DNA of 64,000 nt from Lytechinus pictus (lineage: Eukaryota). The notes beneath the pieces were generated by a model that was not told the DNA's origin, searched no databases, and worked only from the letters and a program-made list of their open reading frames with translations. The stretch spans positions 17,734,001-17,798,000 of the forward strand of contig NC_087251.1 in the NCBI RefSeq assembly GCF_037042905.1, in the 5' to 3' direction. The position numbers were made by a program, and so were the translations under genes. Below, in pieces: positions 48,701 through 59,811 of this stretch (position 1 is the stretch's first letter; each line of letters begins with the position of its first letter).

Positions 48701-51700
48701 TCGCGTAAAAAATATCACCATCGGTGATTCTTAACATCGTAGTTAGGAAACAAGGGGTCTAAAAAGGTTACTCTTTCACGGTTTTTCCGATGTTCGTGGA
48801 TTATGAAAACATGTCCTCACTAAAAACTGGCTCTTTCGCTAGCCAATGTCAGCCGCCATTTTTTTTCGGAAGTCAACGCTTACGACAACGCCTCAAAATG
48901 TAGCGCCCTAAGTGCTGCCGTTGCGTGTATGCTCGTTAATTTTCACATGTATTTGCAATGGAACTGCGCACGTTTAAAGTCGCTCTCTGTGTATATCGTG
49001 TAGCTAGCGCATTTGCGTAGCCATGCGCTCCAGTCGTTTATGCGTTAGTCGCATCTTACAGCCGTGCATATGTTAGTCGCATTATACAGCCGTTTCAATA
49101 ATTTCAACACTATATTGATTAACCCAAAAATCTGAATTTTGGTTTTAAAATTCGGAATTCGGAATGGAGGTCGAAAAATCGGTATATTTCCGCCAAAATC
49201 GGAATGGTTGGCAGGTATGCACATGTATATGTAATAAATGTCAGTTTATAATGTAGTACATAATTTAACTTTAGTATTGTATCTATGTACAATATGGAAA
49301 GAAAGTTGCTTTGCTTTAGATCAAATAACTTGTTTACCAACTAAGTATTAAGTTGGAAAGCAGTTATGAAACTGCCAATGCTACCCTGTATAAATAAAAC
49401 TACAAATAAATAAATAATTACGTGATGGCATTCACGATATCTTAATAATCTTGATGAAAAATCTGTCATAATTGAGATAAAATATTAAGGACAGACCTGA
49501 AAATACAAGTAGGGAAAGAAATGGTGAAGTAGGGATGCATATTGAATGAGACGTTAAAGAAGTGCAGCATGAGAAAACCTGCAAACTAGATCAGATGGAC
49601 CACAAGCGAGTACACTACAACAAACTGGCTCGTTAGGAATGTACAAGCTGTTTAATACCAGGGTGCTGGTCCACTCATCTAATCATTTTATATGTTGAGA
49701 ACTAGCCTAAATTATACCTAGTATATCCCATGTGGACCGATTGTAATGAATTCATACCTTGATCTCTGCATCAATAGCAGCTATTTGTTCATCAACAGCT
49801 TGCTTTATTCTTGTAAAGTCTGAACCATCTCTGCAAATGGAAAAACAAAGTGTATCAAGTTTGACAGAACTCACACACTTGAAGATGAAGGGCCATGAAA
49901 CAGCTTAGTGACTGATTGTTAATCATGATTGATTGTACACAGCAGCCAATGCGATTAATTCTACAAATTGCTACATTTGGGTTAAAAAGTCCAGGGGGTG
50001 TTTCACAAAGATTTATGTATGACTTAGAGTCGCACTTAAATGTCTAGTTGCGCGTGGTATAAAAGACATGCCAAGAGGACGTGCACTACTGCGTATTGAC
50101 CAATAAGGTTGTGCATTGCATATAATGTAATTGAATCTTTGTGAAACACCCCCCAGGATTGGCATTTTGTGAAAAAAAATCAGCATCAAATCCCTAAACA
50201 TAATTGTGTATATATTCAAAGTAATAATAATGACATAATCAATGAGCACTACCTTGGAGTGGAAAGATACACAATGAAAGAAATAATAAGACAAGAGGAA
50301 AAAAGGGAAAGAAAGACGATGGATGAAGAAAATGGTGAGCAAGACAAAGAGGAAAGAGGATGTGAGAGAGAAATAGAAAAAAAGAGAGAGAGAGAGAGAG
50401 AGAAATACTCTACAGTGCGTCCCAGAAAAAACGAAACAGAGATTAAGCGATGATTTACCATAATTTAATCACAAATACAATAGACAAATGACCTACCAAT
50501 GTAAAGCTTAGAATCTCCTCTTTCATCTGATATTACTTAGATTATTCCTCATTCACGCATGAGTGAGCAAAAATAATTTGAAGAGGGGATACCAAAAAGT
50601 CATTTGGCGGGCTGTATCTGGGTTTCAAAAAGAAAACCACATTTTAAAAAAGTTCAATATCTGCTCTTTAATTTGATACCTCAATTAAAGAAAATGGTCA
50701 AGAAAAAAACAAAGTTCTGGTTATTTGAAATAAGGCTTGAATTTCCATAATTTCATTAAATAAACGTGTTTTCACCGGTTTCCCACAGAAGCTATCGCAT
50801 GGTTAACAAAAGACTTAATGCATGGCTGATCGTCAACAAAACAGAGTGTCGAGTGAGTTTGAACGCTAGCCTGTAAAACCTCTTCATTTTATGAAATTAT
50901 TGAAATTCAAGCCTTATATCAAATAACCAGAACTTTGTTTTTTTCTTGACCATTTTCTTTAATTGAGGTATCAAATTAAAGAGCAGATATTGAACTTTTT
51001 AACAATTTTGTTTTCTTTTTGAAACCCAGATACAGCCCGCCAAATGACTTTTTGGTATCCCCTCTTCAAATTATTTTTGCTCACTCATGTGTGAATTAAA
51101 AATAATCTAAGTAATTTCAGATGAAAGAGTGGATTCTAAGCTGTACAATGGTAAGTCACTTGTCTATTGCATTTGTGATTAAGTTATGAAAAATCATCGA
51201 TAAATCTTGGTTTCGTTTTTTCTGGGACGCACTGTATATTGTGTGATAGAAAAATAGAAAGAGAAAGAGGGAGTACAAAAAAGAAGAATGTGGGGGCATA
51301 TCCCAGAAGGAAAAATGGAGAATGATTAATACCTATCTACATGTACTTACCCTTCCCTACAGATGCTCTGGATAACTTGGTAAAATTGTTCATCATCGCG
51401 CGTCCTAGCAACCGTCTCCTGGTTAGTTTCCAGCATCTCCTTTGATGTCTGTACTTTCTTGAGTAGTGCCTGAGCCTCGGCACACATTGGTGTGAGGACG
51501 GGGGCATTGTGCTGGGAGGGGGACATTGTGATATGGGTACGGGGTAGAGGTAGGAGTGCAGGTGCAGTCATCTGAACGTCATGAGTTCTCCTCTACAGTC
51601 AAAACCAAAGACCACATATTTACATTAGATCATATGATAACAGTGTAAAAAGCTAAATGTTAACATTTTCATAAATAGTTGAATACTGCATTTATAGTAG

Positions 51701-54700
51701 TTATTTTCAAGGTGGCATTATTTTTACTCATTTTGTGAATCGATCCTCACTAATTTCCAATTTCAACAGAATGATACAGAGAAAAAAAATCCTTGCAAAG
51801 CAAATTGTGTGGCACATTCAGTAAGTGGTTTTCTGTGTTTATTTCACAAAATTGGATTGCTTTATACAAGGCAACCATCAATCTGTAATTATTTTCAGTA
51901 TTCTTATGTAATCTTGAAAAGGGGAGATTAATTAAGACAATATTGGACTCAAGATGAATCCAGGTTTGCTAGTTGCTATATATCCTCAATAGAAGTGCTC
52001 TACCAGGTAGTGTACAAATGATATTCAAGTTAATTACTACTGTGTGTCAATTTGCACATACCTAAGTCTGACTTAAGGACGTTCCACAGTTAAGTTTGTG
52101 CGCATCACGATCTGCGCATATTTTACACATTGCGCGCTGACGTCACAATGGATGAACTTGTGATTTAATCAGCTGGGCATTTTCACGGTAACTGACATTA
52201 CACGGCACAATGTTTCCACACCTTTCATTGTGTGTATCTCTAAAACAACAAATGATGGGAGTTTGCTTTTGATAGAGTTAATAAAGTGAACCTTGCTGTA
52301 TACTCTGATACTAAGTTTTTCTATGTAACCACATTTTTTTACGCATCAGCAAGCAAAAATGTGTCGGTAACTGACATTACGAAAAAGGACATGCAATTTT
52401 AGGGTGTTCATTAAAATTGGAATATCTCATGTCCCTGAGTAGATAGAGTAATAATTTGAATATGTAAATATACCTCCGTTACTAGGTTAAGATGTGTCAA
52501 AATATTAAACCATTTGTTTTTGTCTTTTGGGGGCTATGATAATTTTTCCGCAACCATGCTGGTAACTGACATTACGGTAACTGACATTACACTTAATTTG
52601 CCATAGAGATAACACATGGAAGTCAAATGTGTGGAATCATTGCATTGTATCTTCTGTGCAGGGCTTCACATGAAAGTGAGCTTGGTGTGGAAGTATACTC
52701 GAGTTTCTAGGAACATTTCAATGAAATTTTTAAATCTTTTTCTTAATTCCTTTCTTTGATTTGAACATTTTTATCATTACTTGTCGGTAACTGACAATAC
52801 ACATTAACACTTACCAGTGCTATATGATTTTCAAAGGCATAATTTTCTTCGTACTTATATGTGAGGCTTTTTAAAATCATAAAAGTTTCATAATACTTCA
52901 CATTTTGAATTATCAAAAGATAAGAAATGTATGTTTTACTTACTCGGGGGGGGGGGGGGGGTCATAGCAGCTACATGTTTTCCTATAGTAATTTAATATT
53001 GCATTGACTGTACACATGGATTTTTCTGACTATACACCCATAATATATTCATCAGTTTTATATTGAATTTTTAAACCTTTTCCTTCTCCAACCTCCCCCT
53101 CCCCTCAAAAAAGGCAAAATGAATAAGGGTCTCCTCCCCTAGGCTACACGTACCCCTCCCCCGAATCTCATGCAGCCATGTAGTTTTATTGATTTCTATT
53201 CTGGTCAGTGCAAGCAATGCTTGTTCATATCTGTCAGATTTCTATTCTCTTCATAATTTGTTTAATCATTTTCTTTGCTAATTTCTTTTTTAAGCTGTCA
53301 ACAAAAAATAAACTCCAGCTTCTAAACTGAAACTGAACTATTTGTAAATTAGAAAAAAAGAACACAGTTTTAGTAGATCCATGCAACATTGATCAGAACT
53401 GTCAAATTTCACTTTTCATCTATACTTGTATATAATTGTATCACACATCCACACTACTAACAGGCATAAAAACCAGGGGTGGTATTCTGAGATCCATTTT
53501 ATCTCAGATAAAATAAAACATTTTATCTCCGTTAAAATCAGTGAGATAAAATACCCTTAAAATCTCTCCGAATTGCTATTCTGAGAACAATTTTATCTTC
53601 ATTTTATCTCTGTATAAGACACACCTATTTTTTAATCAATATCCAATTAGAAATGCGCTTTTATAACTCTCTCATTTCACTCAACCAATGGAAATCCATT
53701 CCGCTAGGAGGTGTGGCGAAGGAGTGAGATTGCGTCAAATTTGTTGACTTCAATACCCTTGCACTATACGCTTGCGCATCTTTACAGAGATTTCTTTTTA
53801 ACAAAAATGGCAATACTCTCATCTTTTTTTCGAAGTCTATATCGCATCTTTTCAAGCATCATTTCAAAGCGCAAGCACATCACCCGCGTTGCAATGGCCA
53901 GATACGCGATGGGTATGTCTACGCAGCCACTGCTCTGTTGCGTATCATCATAAATACGCAAGATAAAATTTTGGATTTTATCTGAGAGATAAAATGTCAT
54001 CTCAGAATACCAATTTCATTTTAAGAGATAAAATAAAATATTTTAAAGATAAAATGACCTCAGAATACCGCCCCAGGAATTTACTTTTAGCGAGGCAATG
54101 CTCAAAAGAATCCTAGAAACTAAAAAAGGGACCCTGGAAATCCCCTTCATCACAATGTTAAGCTTAAAAAAATATTGCAGATTTAGGCAATACAATAGCA
54201 AGCTCCTTCTAGTGTGACTTGACTTGAATAACAAGTATACAATACTTCTTCACCATAAAATTGACCACATATTTGCATTTCAATATTGGTAACCAACGTT
54301 TTATCATGGTAACTGACATTACATCTCGGTAACTGACATTACATTTTCCACTTGGTAACTGACATTACATATATTCGATGGTACCCTATGGCTTCATTGT
54401 TAATTGGTAATCTTTAATTTTGGTGTAGAAGGGAGGGGTGTTACCTAGAGAGGAAATCTACCAAGTTTCATATAATTTATCCTCTTTTCCAAGAAAAGAG
54501 AAAAAAAAGTTCATGTTTTCGGTAACTGACATTACATACCATATCAAATATTTCATCAATGTTTTTTTATCAGATGAATGAATTACTGGTGTTTCTTTCT
54601 GTGGGATTTTAAAAAGTGTTATAATAGCAAGCTAAATCACAGGCGAAAACATTATGATCAAACCTGTTCTTTAAAAATCTGTCAAAACAAATTATGTATC

Positions 54701-57700
54701 AATATACTATTTTCAGCACTAATTTGTATCCATACTTTGGCAGCCATTTTGAAATAAAAAATGGCTGCCAGAGTCGGAAAAAAATTTTGTCTCAGAAACT
54801 TCAGGTCTTGTATTATTAAAAAACATAAAGCATTTGACATGAATATCAACTTGATTTTTTTGCCTCTGTGTCCATCTGTGGTGAAAATGCCCAGCTGTAG
54901 GTAATGTGAGCTGATTTTCTCCTTATCTACATTAACTGCAGATCTGATGTGTTATTTGGGTTATCTTTTAAGCTCTATAGCAAAAAATCAAGCGCATGGA
55001 CCCATGTTAATTTTTGCATATTTGGAATATTTAGGTGCTAAGATATCTATGTGCAAAGTATGATAAAAACAACATGGATTTTCAATGTTTGGGAGCAAGA
55101 CTACGGAACCACTCGCATTTTAGACGGTATTAACAGACTTTTGCTTGTTTTCGGTGCATTTTGGGCTGTTTCAAGCCAATGCGCAATACTTTGGACACTG
55201 ATAATTTGAAAACGAGCACATGGACCCCAAATTTGTAATGTCTTAACTTCTTTAGAATATATTTCTCTACAAATCTAGAGAGTATGATGAAAATGACATG
55301 GATTTTGAATGTTTGGGAGCAGGACTAAGGAACCATTCGTATTTTAGACATTTTGGACGGTATTAGACTTTTGCCCGTTTTAGGCGCATTATAGACTGTT
55401 TAAAGCCAACTCGCAACACTTTGGACACTGATAATTTGAAAACGAGCGCATGGACCCCATAATTTAATCATCGTAACTTCTTCAGAATATATTCCTTTAC
55501 AAATCTAGAGAGTATGATGAAAATGACATGGATTTTGAATGTTTTTTAACAGGACTAAGGAACCATTTGTATTTTAGACATTTTAGACGGTATTAGACTT
55601 TTGCCCGTTTTAGGCGCATTATAGACTGTTTTAAGCCAACTCGCAACACTTTGGACACTGATAATATGAAAACGAGCACATGGACCCCATAGTTTAAACA
55701 TCTTAACTTCTTCAGAATATATTCCTCTACAAATATAGAAAGTATGACGAAAATGACATGGATTTTGAATGTTTGGGAGCAGGACTAAGGAACCATTGGT
55801 ATTTCAGACATTTTTGGACGGTATAATCAGACTTTTACTTGTTCTCGGCGCATTTTGGGTTGTTTCAAGCCAACTCGCAACAGTTTAGACACTGATAGCT
55901 TAAAAACGAGCACATGGACCCCATGTTTTTAATATTTTAACGTCATCAGAATATATTCCTCTGTAAATCTAGAGAATATGATGAAATTGACATGGATTTT
56001 GAATGTTTGGGAGCAAAACTACGGAACTATTCGCATTTTAGACGGTATTATTGGACTTTTGCACGTTTTCGGCGCATTTTAGGTGGATTTCAATATTTTC
56101 AAGCCAACTCGCAACAGTTTAGACACTGATAGTTTAAGAACGAGCACATGGACCCCATAATTTTAATATTTTAATGTCTTCAGAATATATTCTTCTACAA
56201 ATCTGGAGAGTATGATGAAAATTACATGGATTTTGAATGTTTGGGGGCAAAACTACGGAACCATTCGCATTTTAGACGGCATTATTAGACTTTTGCACGT
56301 TTTGGGCGCATTTGGGCGATTTTCATGCCAACTCGCATCACTTTGAACACTCATAGTTAAAAAACGAGCACATGGACCCTATATTTTTAACTTCCCTACA
56401 CCTTCGATATGCATTCCTCTACAATTTAGCAGAATTTGATGAAAATGACATGGATTTTGAAAAAAGTGCAGCTTACAAAATACTTTTTTATTTATTTTTG
56501 AGTAGATTCACGTCTTTGAAGATTTGCTTTTTCCAAGTTTTTGCACCATTCTTGCCAAATGAGGGCGCTGCTTACTCCAAATATATATAGTTCTACCAAT
56601 TAAAAGACTTTCTCTTTCTTTTGTATACACTTTGTTATATATCTTGAAAATTTGATGAAGTTTGATGAGGTATCTACTGAGTAAAGATGATTTACACTCA
56701 TTTGGTGAATTCGTGAGGTCTAAGAGAGGCATAATTCTCTTGATTGCGCAAGATTGCATATCATTCAAATACGGCGACTTTTTTTTTTTGGCACTTTCAT
56801 TATGCATAGATACCAAAGTAACTCTCTGCAAAATTTGGTGAAAATGACATGGACTTCATTTTAACTGTGGAACGTCCTTAAATCTTAAGAAAAACCCCTA
56901 CATATAATATAGTTACCAAATAATCATCCAGAGGTGCTGGTTCAAGCCAGGCTTGTTTCCTTCTGTCCATATCCCTCTCTGCTTCCTGCATTGTGTAAAT
57001 AGAATTATAAACATTAATTTATGTATGAAATGTTACACATTTCTAACAAAGATATAATCTATTACCTAATTTCTGAGTTTCTGTATTTACAGGAAAGAAT
57101 CTGTAATATTCAGATGAAATGCCTATCAAACAGAGATTTCATACAAATTTGGAGCAATTCGAGCAACAGAAGGAAAGTGGATGTTTAAATGGCTTCAAAT
57201 GATAAAGGAACAGATGAGAGTAGTATGAATGGGGAAAATCCTATAATAATAATAATTATCATGATTGACATAGCAAGATTGAAATAACACTTCAAACAGA
57301 AGCTTGACCTTGTGATTCATAGCCTGGAGATTATTTATCAAGCTCATCTCCCACCCATTCTTTACCAAGCTATTTTAACTTTGGGAGATTTCAATGCTTT
57401 GAACACTACAGAAAAAAACCAAATGAACAAATCCAAAATTTTCTTCTTTGCGAGGATCATAATGTGCCCCAAAAACTTTACACTCAAGATTACAATCCTT
57501 CAAAAACTTTAAAACTTTACATTTTAATTAATATGTGGATTACCTGTCTTAGTTTCTTGGATATTTCTTTGTAATGCCTGTCAGGTGATACTTCTTGAAC
57601 AGCAGTCTGCTTCCTTGCATCATCTTTTAATCTACCAGTCTGTTAGGATGAAAAGAAGAATAATATTATTCATCCACCTTCTTGACAAAGTTTGGGGTGA

Positions 57701-58036
57701 TTTAAAACTGTGTAGACACCAAAGTAAAAGTTTTGATGGGCCAACTATTGTGCACCAAAAATATGGCGTGTGAAATGGTATTATATCTAACCTGCCTGGA
57801 TCCTCCACTGAAACTGCTGACATTCACACTTAAAGATTGATTGGTGTATATGTGTCTAACCAAATCCCTGGTCAAAATCAAATTTGAAACACGAAGAGGG
57901 AAGAGGGATGATACAAACCTGTATAGTTTGTTTGACTTGTTGGTTAAGTTCTCCAAGTTGTTGGGCTACCCTCTGTGCTCTTTTGACTGCAGGGCTAGTG
58001 GAGCCTTCTGGTTGATGATGAGACCCATTGTTTGGC
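36758..58036 (-). CDS. KIAA0586: TALPID3 (centrosomal/ciliogenesis protein), 3' 19 exons, ~1313 aa in window, 5' partial
   Basis: Exons (minus): 57919-58036, 57544-57639, 56917-56985, 51351-51592, 49758-49830, 47123-47434, 46643-46829, 45838-46175, 45085-45183, 44636-44689, 43106-43335, 42364-42497, 41423-41616, 40681-40894, 39987-40248, 39141-39355, 38688-38776, 37774-38356, 36758-37191. All are GT-AG and phase-compatible. TALPID3-like motifs: YLKHIYG..QRSTLKDAPYLHF, LIPMAIPL, LPNVDIDSI, YHGPPFPP, WVEQELMSRLISG, GLQFFVDAGQPV, a PTP-rich region and repeated SEGE. Confidence 0.88.
42935..43067. repeat. Tandem duplication, 2 x ~67 bp
   Basis: TTTTCATTGGAAT.ACTTTCTTTCTCT.CCCTTCTTTTCACTTTTTT.TAAAGACTTAAATCTATAT occurs twice. 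Confidence 0.85.
43990..44378. repeat. Polypurine (GAA/GGA)n tract
   Basis: About 390 bp of almost pure A/G in a TALPID3 intron. Confidence 0.9.
46380..46532. repeat. Degenerate (CAT)n microsatellite
   Basis: ATCATCATC-rich run. Confidence 0.8.
47516..49219. mobile_element. 1.7-kb non-autonomous TIR element with 6-bp TSD
   Basis: CACATG|CATACCTGCCAACC ... GGTTGGCAGGTATG|CACATG (14-bp perfect TIR). The interior is CpG-rich and has no transposase ORF. Confidence 0.85.
49995..50153. mobile_element. Short MITE, CAG TSD (Harbinger-like)
   Basis: CAG|GGGGTGTTTCACAAAGATT ... AATCTTTGTGAAACACCCC|CAG. Confidence 0.8.
50413..51234. mobile_element. Complete Tc1/mariner-type foldback MITE (TA TSD, ~340-bp arms)
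   Basis: TA|CAGTGCGTCCCAGAAAAAACGAAAC ... GTTTCGTTTTTTCTGGGACGCACTG|TA; long inverted arms around a ~130-bp spacer. Confidence 0.9.
52175..54892. mobile_element. Nested 2.7-kb TIR element with AGCT duplication (Sola2-like, tentative)
   Basis: AGCT|GGGCATTTTCAC ... GTGAAAATGCCC|AGCT; contains nine copies of GGTAACTGACATTAC. Confidence 0.75.
53477..54073. mobile_element. Innermost nested MITE, CAG TSD (Harbinger-like)
   Basis: CAG|GGGTGGTATTCTGAGATCCATTTTATCT ... AGATAAAATGACCTCAGAATACCGCCC|CAG. Confidence 0.8.
54985..56460. repeat. Tandem array of ~230-bp units (~6.4 copies)
   Basis: Marker CATGGATTTT at 55073, 55297, 55527, 55757, 55991, 56225 and 56449 (spacing 224-234 bp). Confidence 0.92.
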
Positions 58037-59105
58037 CTGCATGAACAGATAAAAAATGGTTGGAAATCATTTTGCTACTTGCAAAAACAAATTTCAATTG
58101 TTATTTATGATTATTTACCTGGGAAACCCTATTACATCAATTTTTTTTTTTTTAATTAATCTTCTATTACTTTCATTTCTTTGTAGAAGGGGAGGGGCAT
58201 TTAATTCTCCCCTACAACCAATCTGCACCCCCTCCACAAGCTACAAGTCTCCCCAGCCATGTTCCAAACATGGCCAGCATTATGTGTCTGTCCCTTTGCA
58301 AGAATTCCACAAATTGATACACACATGTATATTCAAGTAATTGTATTTGATTTATCACATTTCCTCAAATGTATTTTCAGTAAGTGTAGCGTCTATCTTA
58401 ATTCTCCTCATGAATATTAAAATCTTTTTACCAACCTTATTTTCTAACTAGTAAGTATAATAATATATCATATTTATGAAGAAAGAACTTAAAACTGGAG
58501 ATATGTTTTCAGAGTGCAATGCAACATTCATACTCAATGTTACATCCTGGCTGAGCAGTTCAAACAGACACTGGCTGATTAGAACAAATAGCACCCTCTC
58601 TTGGTCAAATATGCAAGTGCATTTTCCCCCGTTATGTACAAGACACAAAAGACCATTCTAGTTCTAAAATCTTATATATGGGCACAGAAAGATAACAATT
58701 AGAATTGCCCCCCCCAAAAAAAAAAAAATTGGACACATTATATAATTACCTATTCAATTAAAGGTCAATTCCATCCCAGAAAAATGTTGATTTGAATCAA
58801 GAGAGAAAAATCACACAAGCATAATGCTGAAACTTTCATAAAAATTTGATAAAAGTTGCGGCATTTTAAAGTTTTGCTTATTTTTCACAAAACAGTTATG
58901 TGCTTATACTCAGAGATATGCACATCCTGTTCGGTATGGAAATGAGGGGACTGATGACATCACACACTCACTATTTCTTTTGTATTTTATTATATGAAAT
59001 ATTTTAATTTTCTCCTCATTATCATGTGTATCAAAGTTTTATTTATCCCTGAACATGTGGAATTACCACTGTTTTAACATTTTGGGGTTCAATCAAGTTG
59101 GTCAT

Positions 59106-59811
59106 GGTTAATGAATAAGTGTTTGGTACCGCAAAATTGTAAAATAGCCTTAAAAACGGATATACTGAAGCTTTTCGACATGCACTCATCGGAGTAAAAT
59201 TGCATGAATGACTTAAACGCTAGAGAAAAACAATATATAATAGAACCAAAATAGACAATGGACGCTAAATAGCGAGCCGTGATTGGTTGTCAAGTAAACA
59301 AGTTAGGCTTGGTACCAGCCGTATATTGAAGCGAAGCAACAAAATAACGCAATGGTTCTTACGAACTCCTTGTGGCGGCACAGAATCGGGTCTGTTAGCT
59401 GGATATATGTTCCCTCGAGCATGCGCAAATGAGTGAAACACCTTGCTCGGCTGAGCACCTTAAACCAAGATGAACAGTATTGTTCAGCAAGTGGTTAGCA
59501 ATATAGCCAAACTACTACCACCATCTGTCGCAGTACTAGTGGTACGTTTTCTGCATGCGCGCCGAGGTCGTGAACGCGCGCTAATTCGACAATTTCGGAT
59601 AGAGGCGGGCACATGTTGGCTAATGCGGTCTGCTAAACGTTGGGTTGTACTGTAAGCCCTATGTACCGAGCTTCACAACGGCACTTAAACTCGTAAATAA
59701 CATTACTGCTATGAGAGATAGGGAGCACGTCCTTTCGAATAGACGAGAACATTCTGTGTGTAGTAAATACCACACATGCTTCAACGCTAGGGAAGGCACT
59801 AGATATTGCTT
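59106..59811 (-). mobile_element. 5'-truncated Penelope-like retroelement: frameshifted GIY-YIG endonuclease plus 3' region
   Basis: 8-bp TSD TTGGTCAT (59098-59105 and 59812-59819). Minus-strand translation across frameshifts: KDVLPISHSSNVIYEFKCRCEARYIGLT / TQRLADRISQHVP / IANHLLNN / FKVLSRARCFTHLRMLEGTYIQLTDPILCRHKEFVRTIALF. Confidence 0.85.
59163..59196 (-). ncRNA. Minimal type I hammerhead ribozyme-like motif (U4C variant)
   Basis: Minus-strand RNA UACU-CCGAUGA-G(UGCAUGU)C-GAAA-AGCU-UC-AGUA: stem I UACU/AGUA, 1-bp stem II, palindromic AAGCUU stem III, UC cleavage site. Confidence 0.65.

Larger units (their letters stand above)
52077..56877. mobile_element. 4.8-kb composite TTAA-targeting (Kolobok-like) non-autonomous element
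   Basis: TTAA|GGACGTTCCACAGTTAA ... TTAACTGTGGAACGTCC|TTAA (17-bp perfect TIR, GG..CC termini). Confidence 0.85.

Noticed and set aside
52187..54535. 15-mer repeats with unique intervening sequence read as a CRISPR array
   Set aside because: The repeat is too short, spacing is very irregular (0 to >1500 bp) and the copies lie inside a TIR element.
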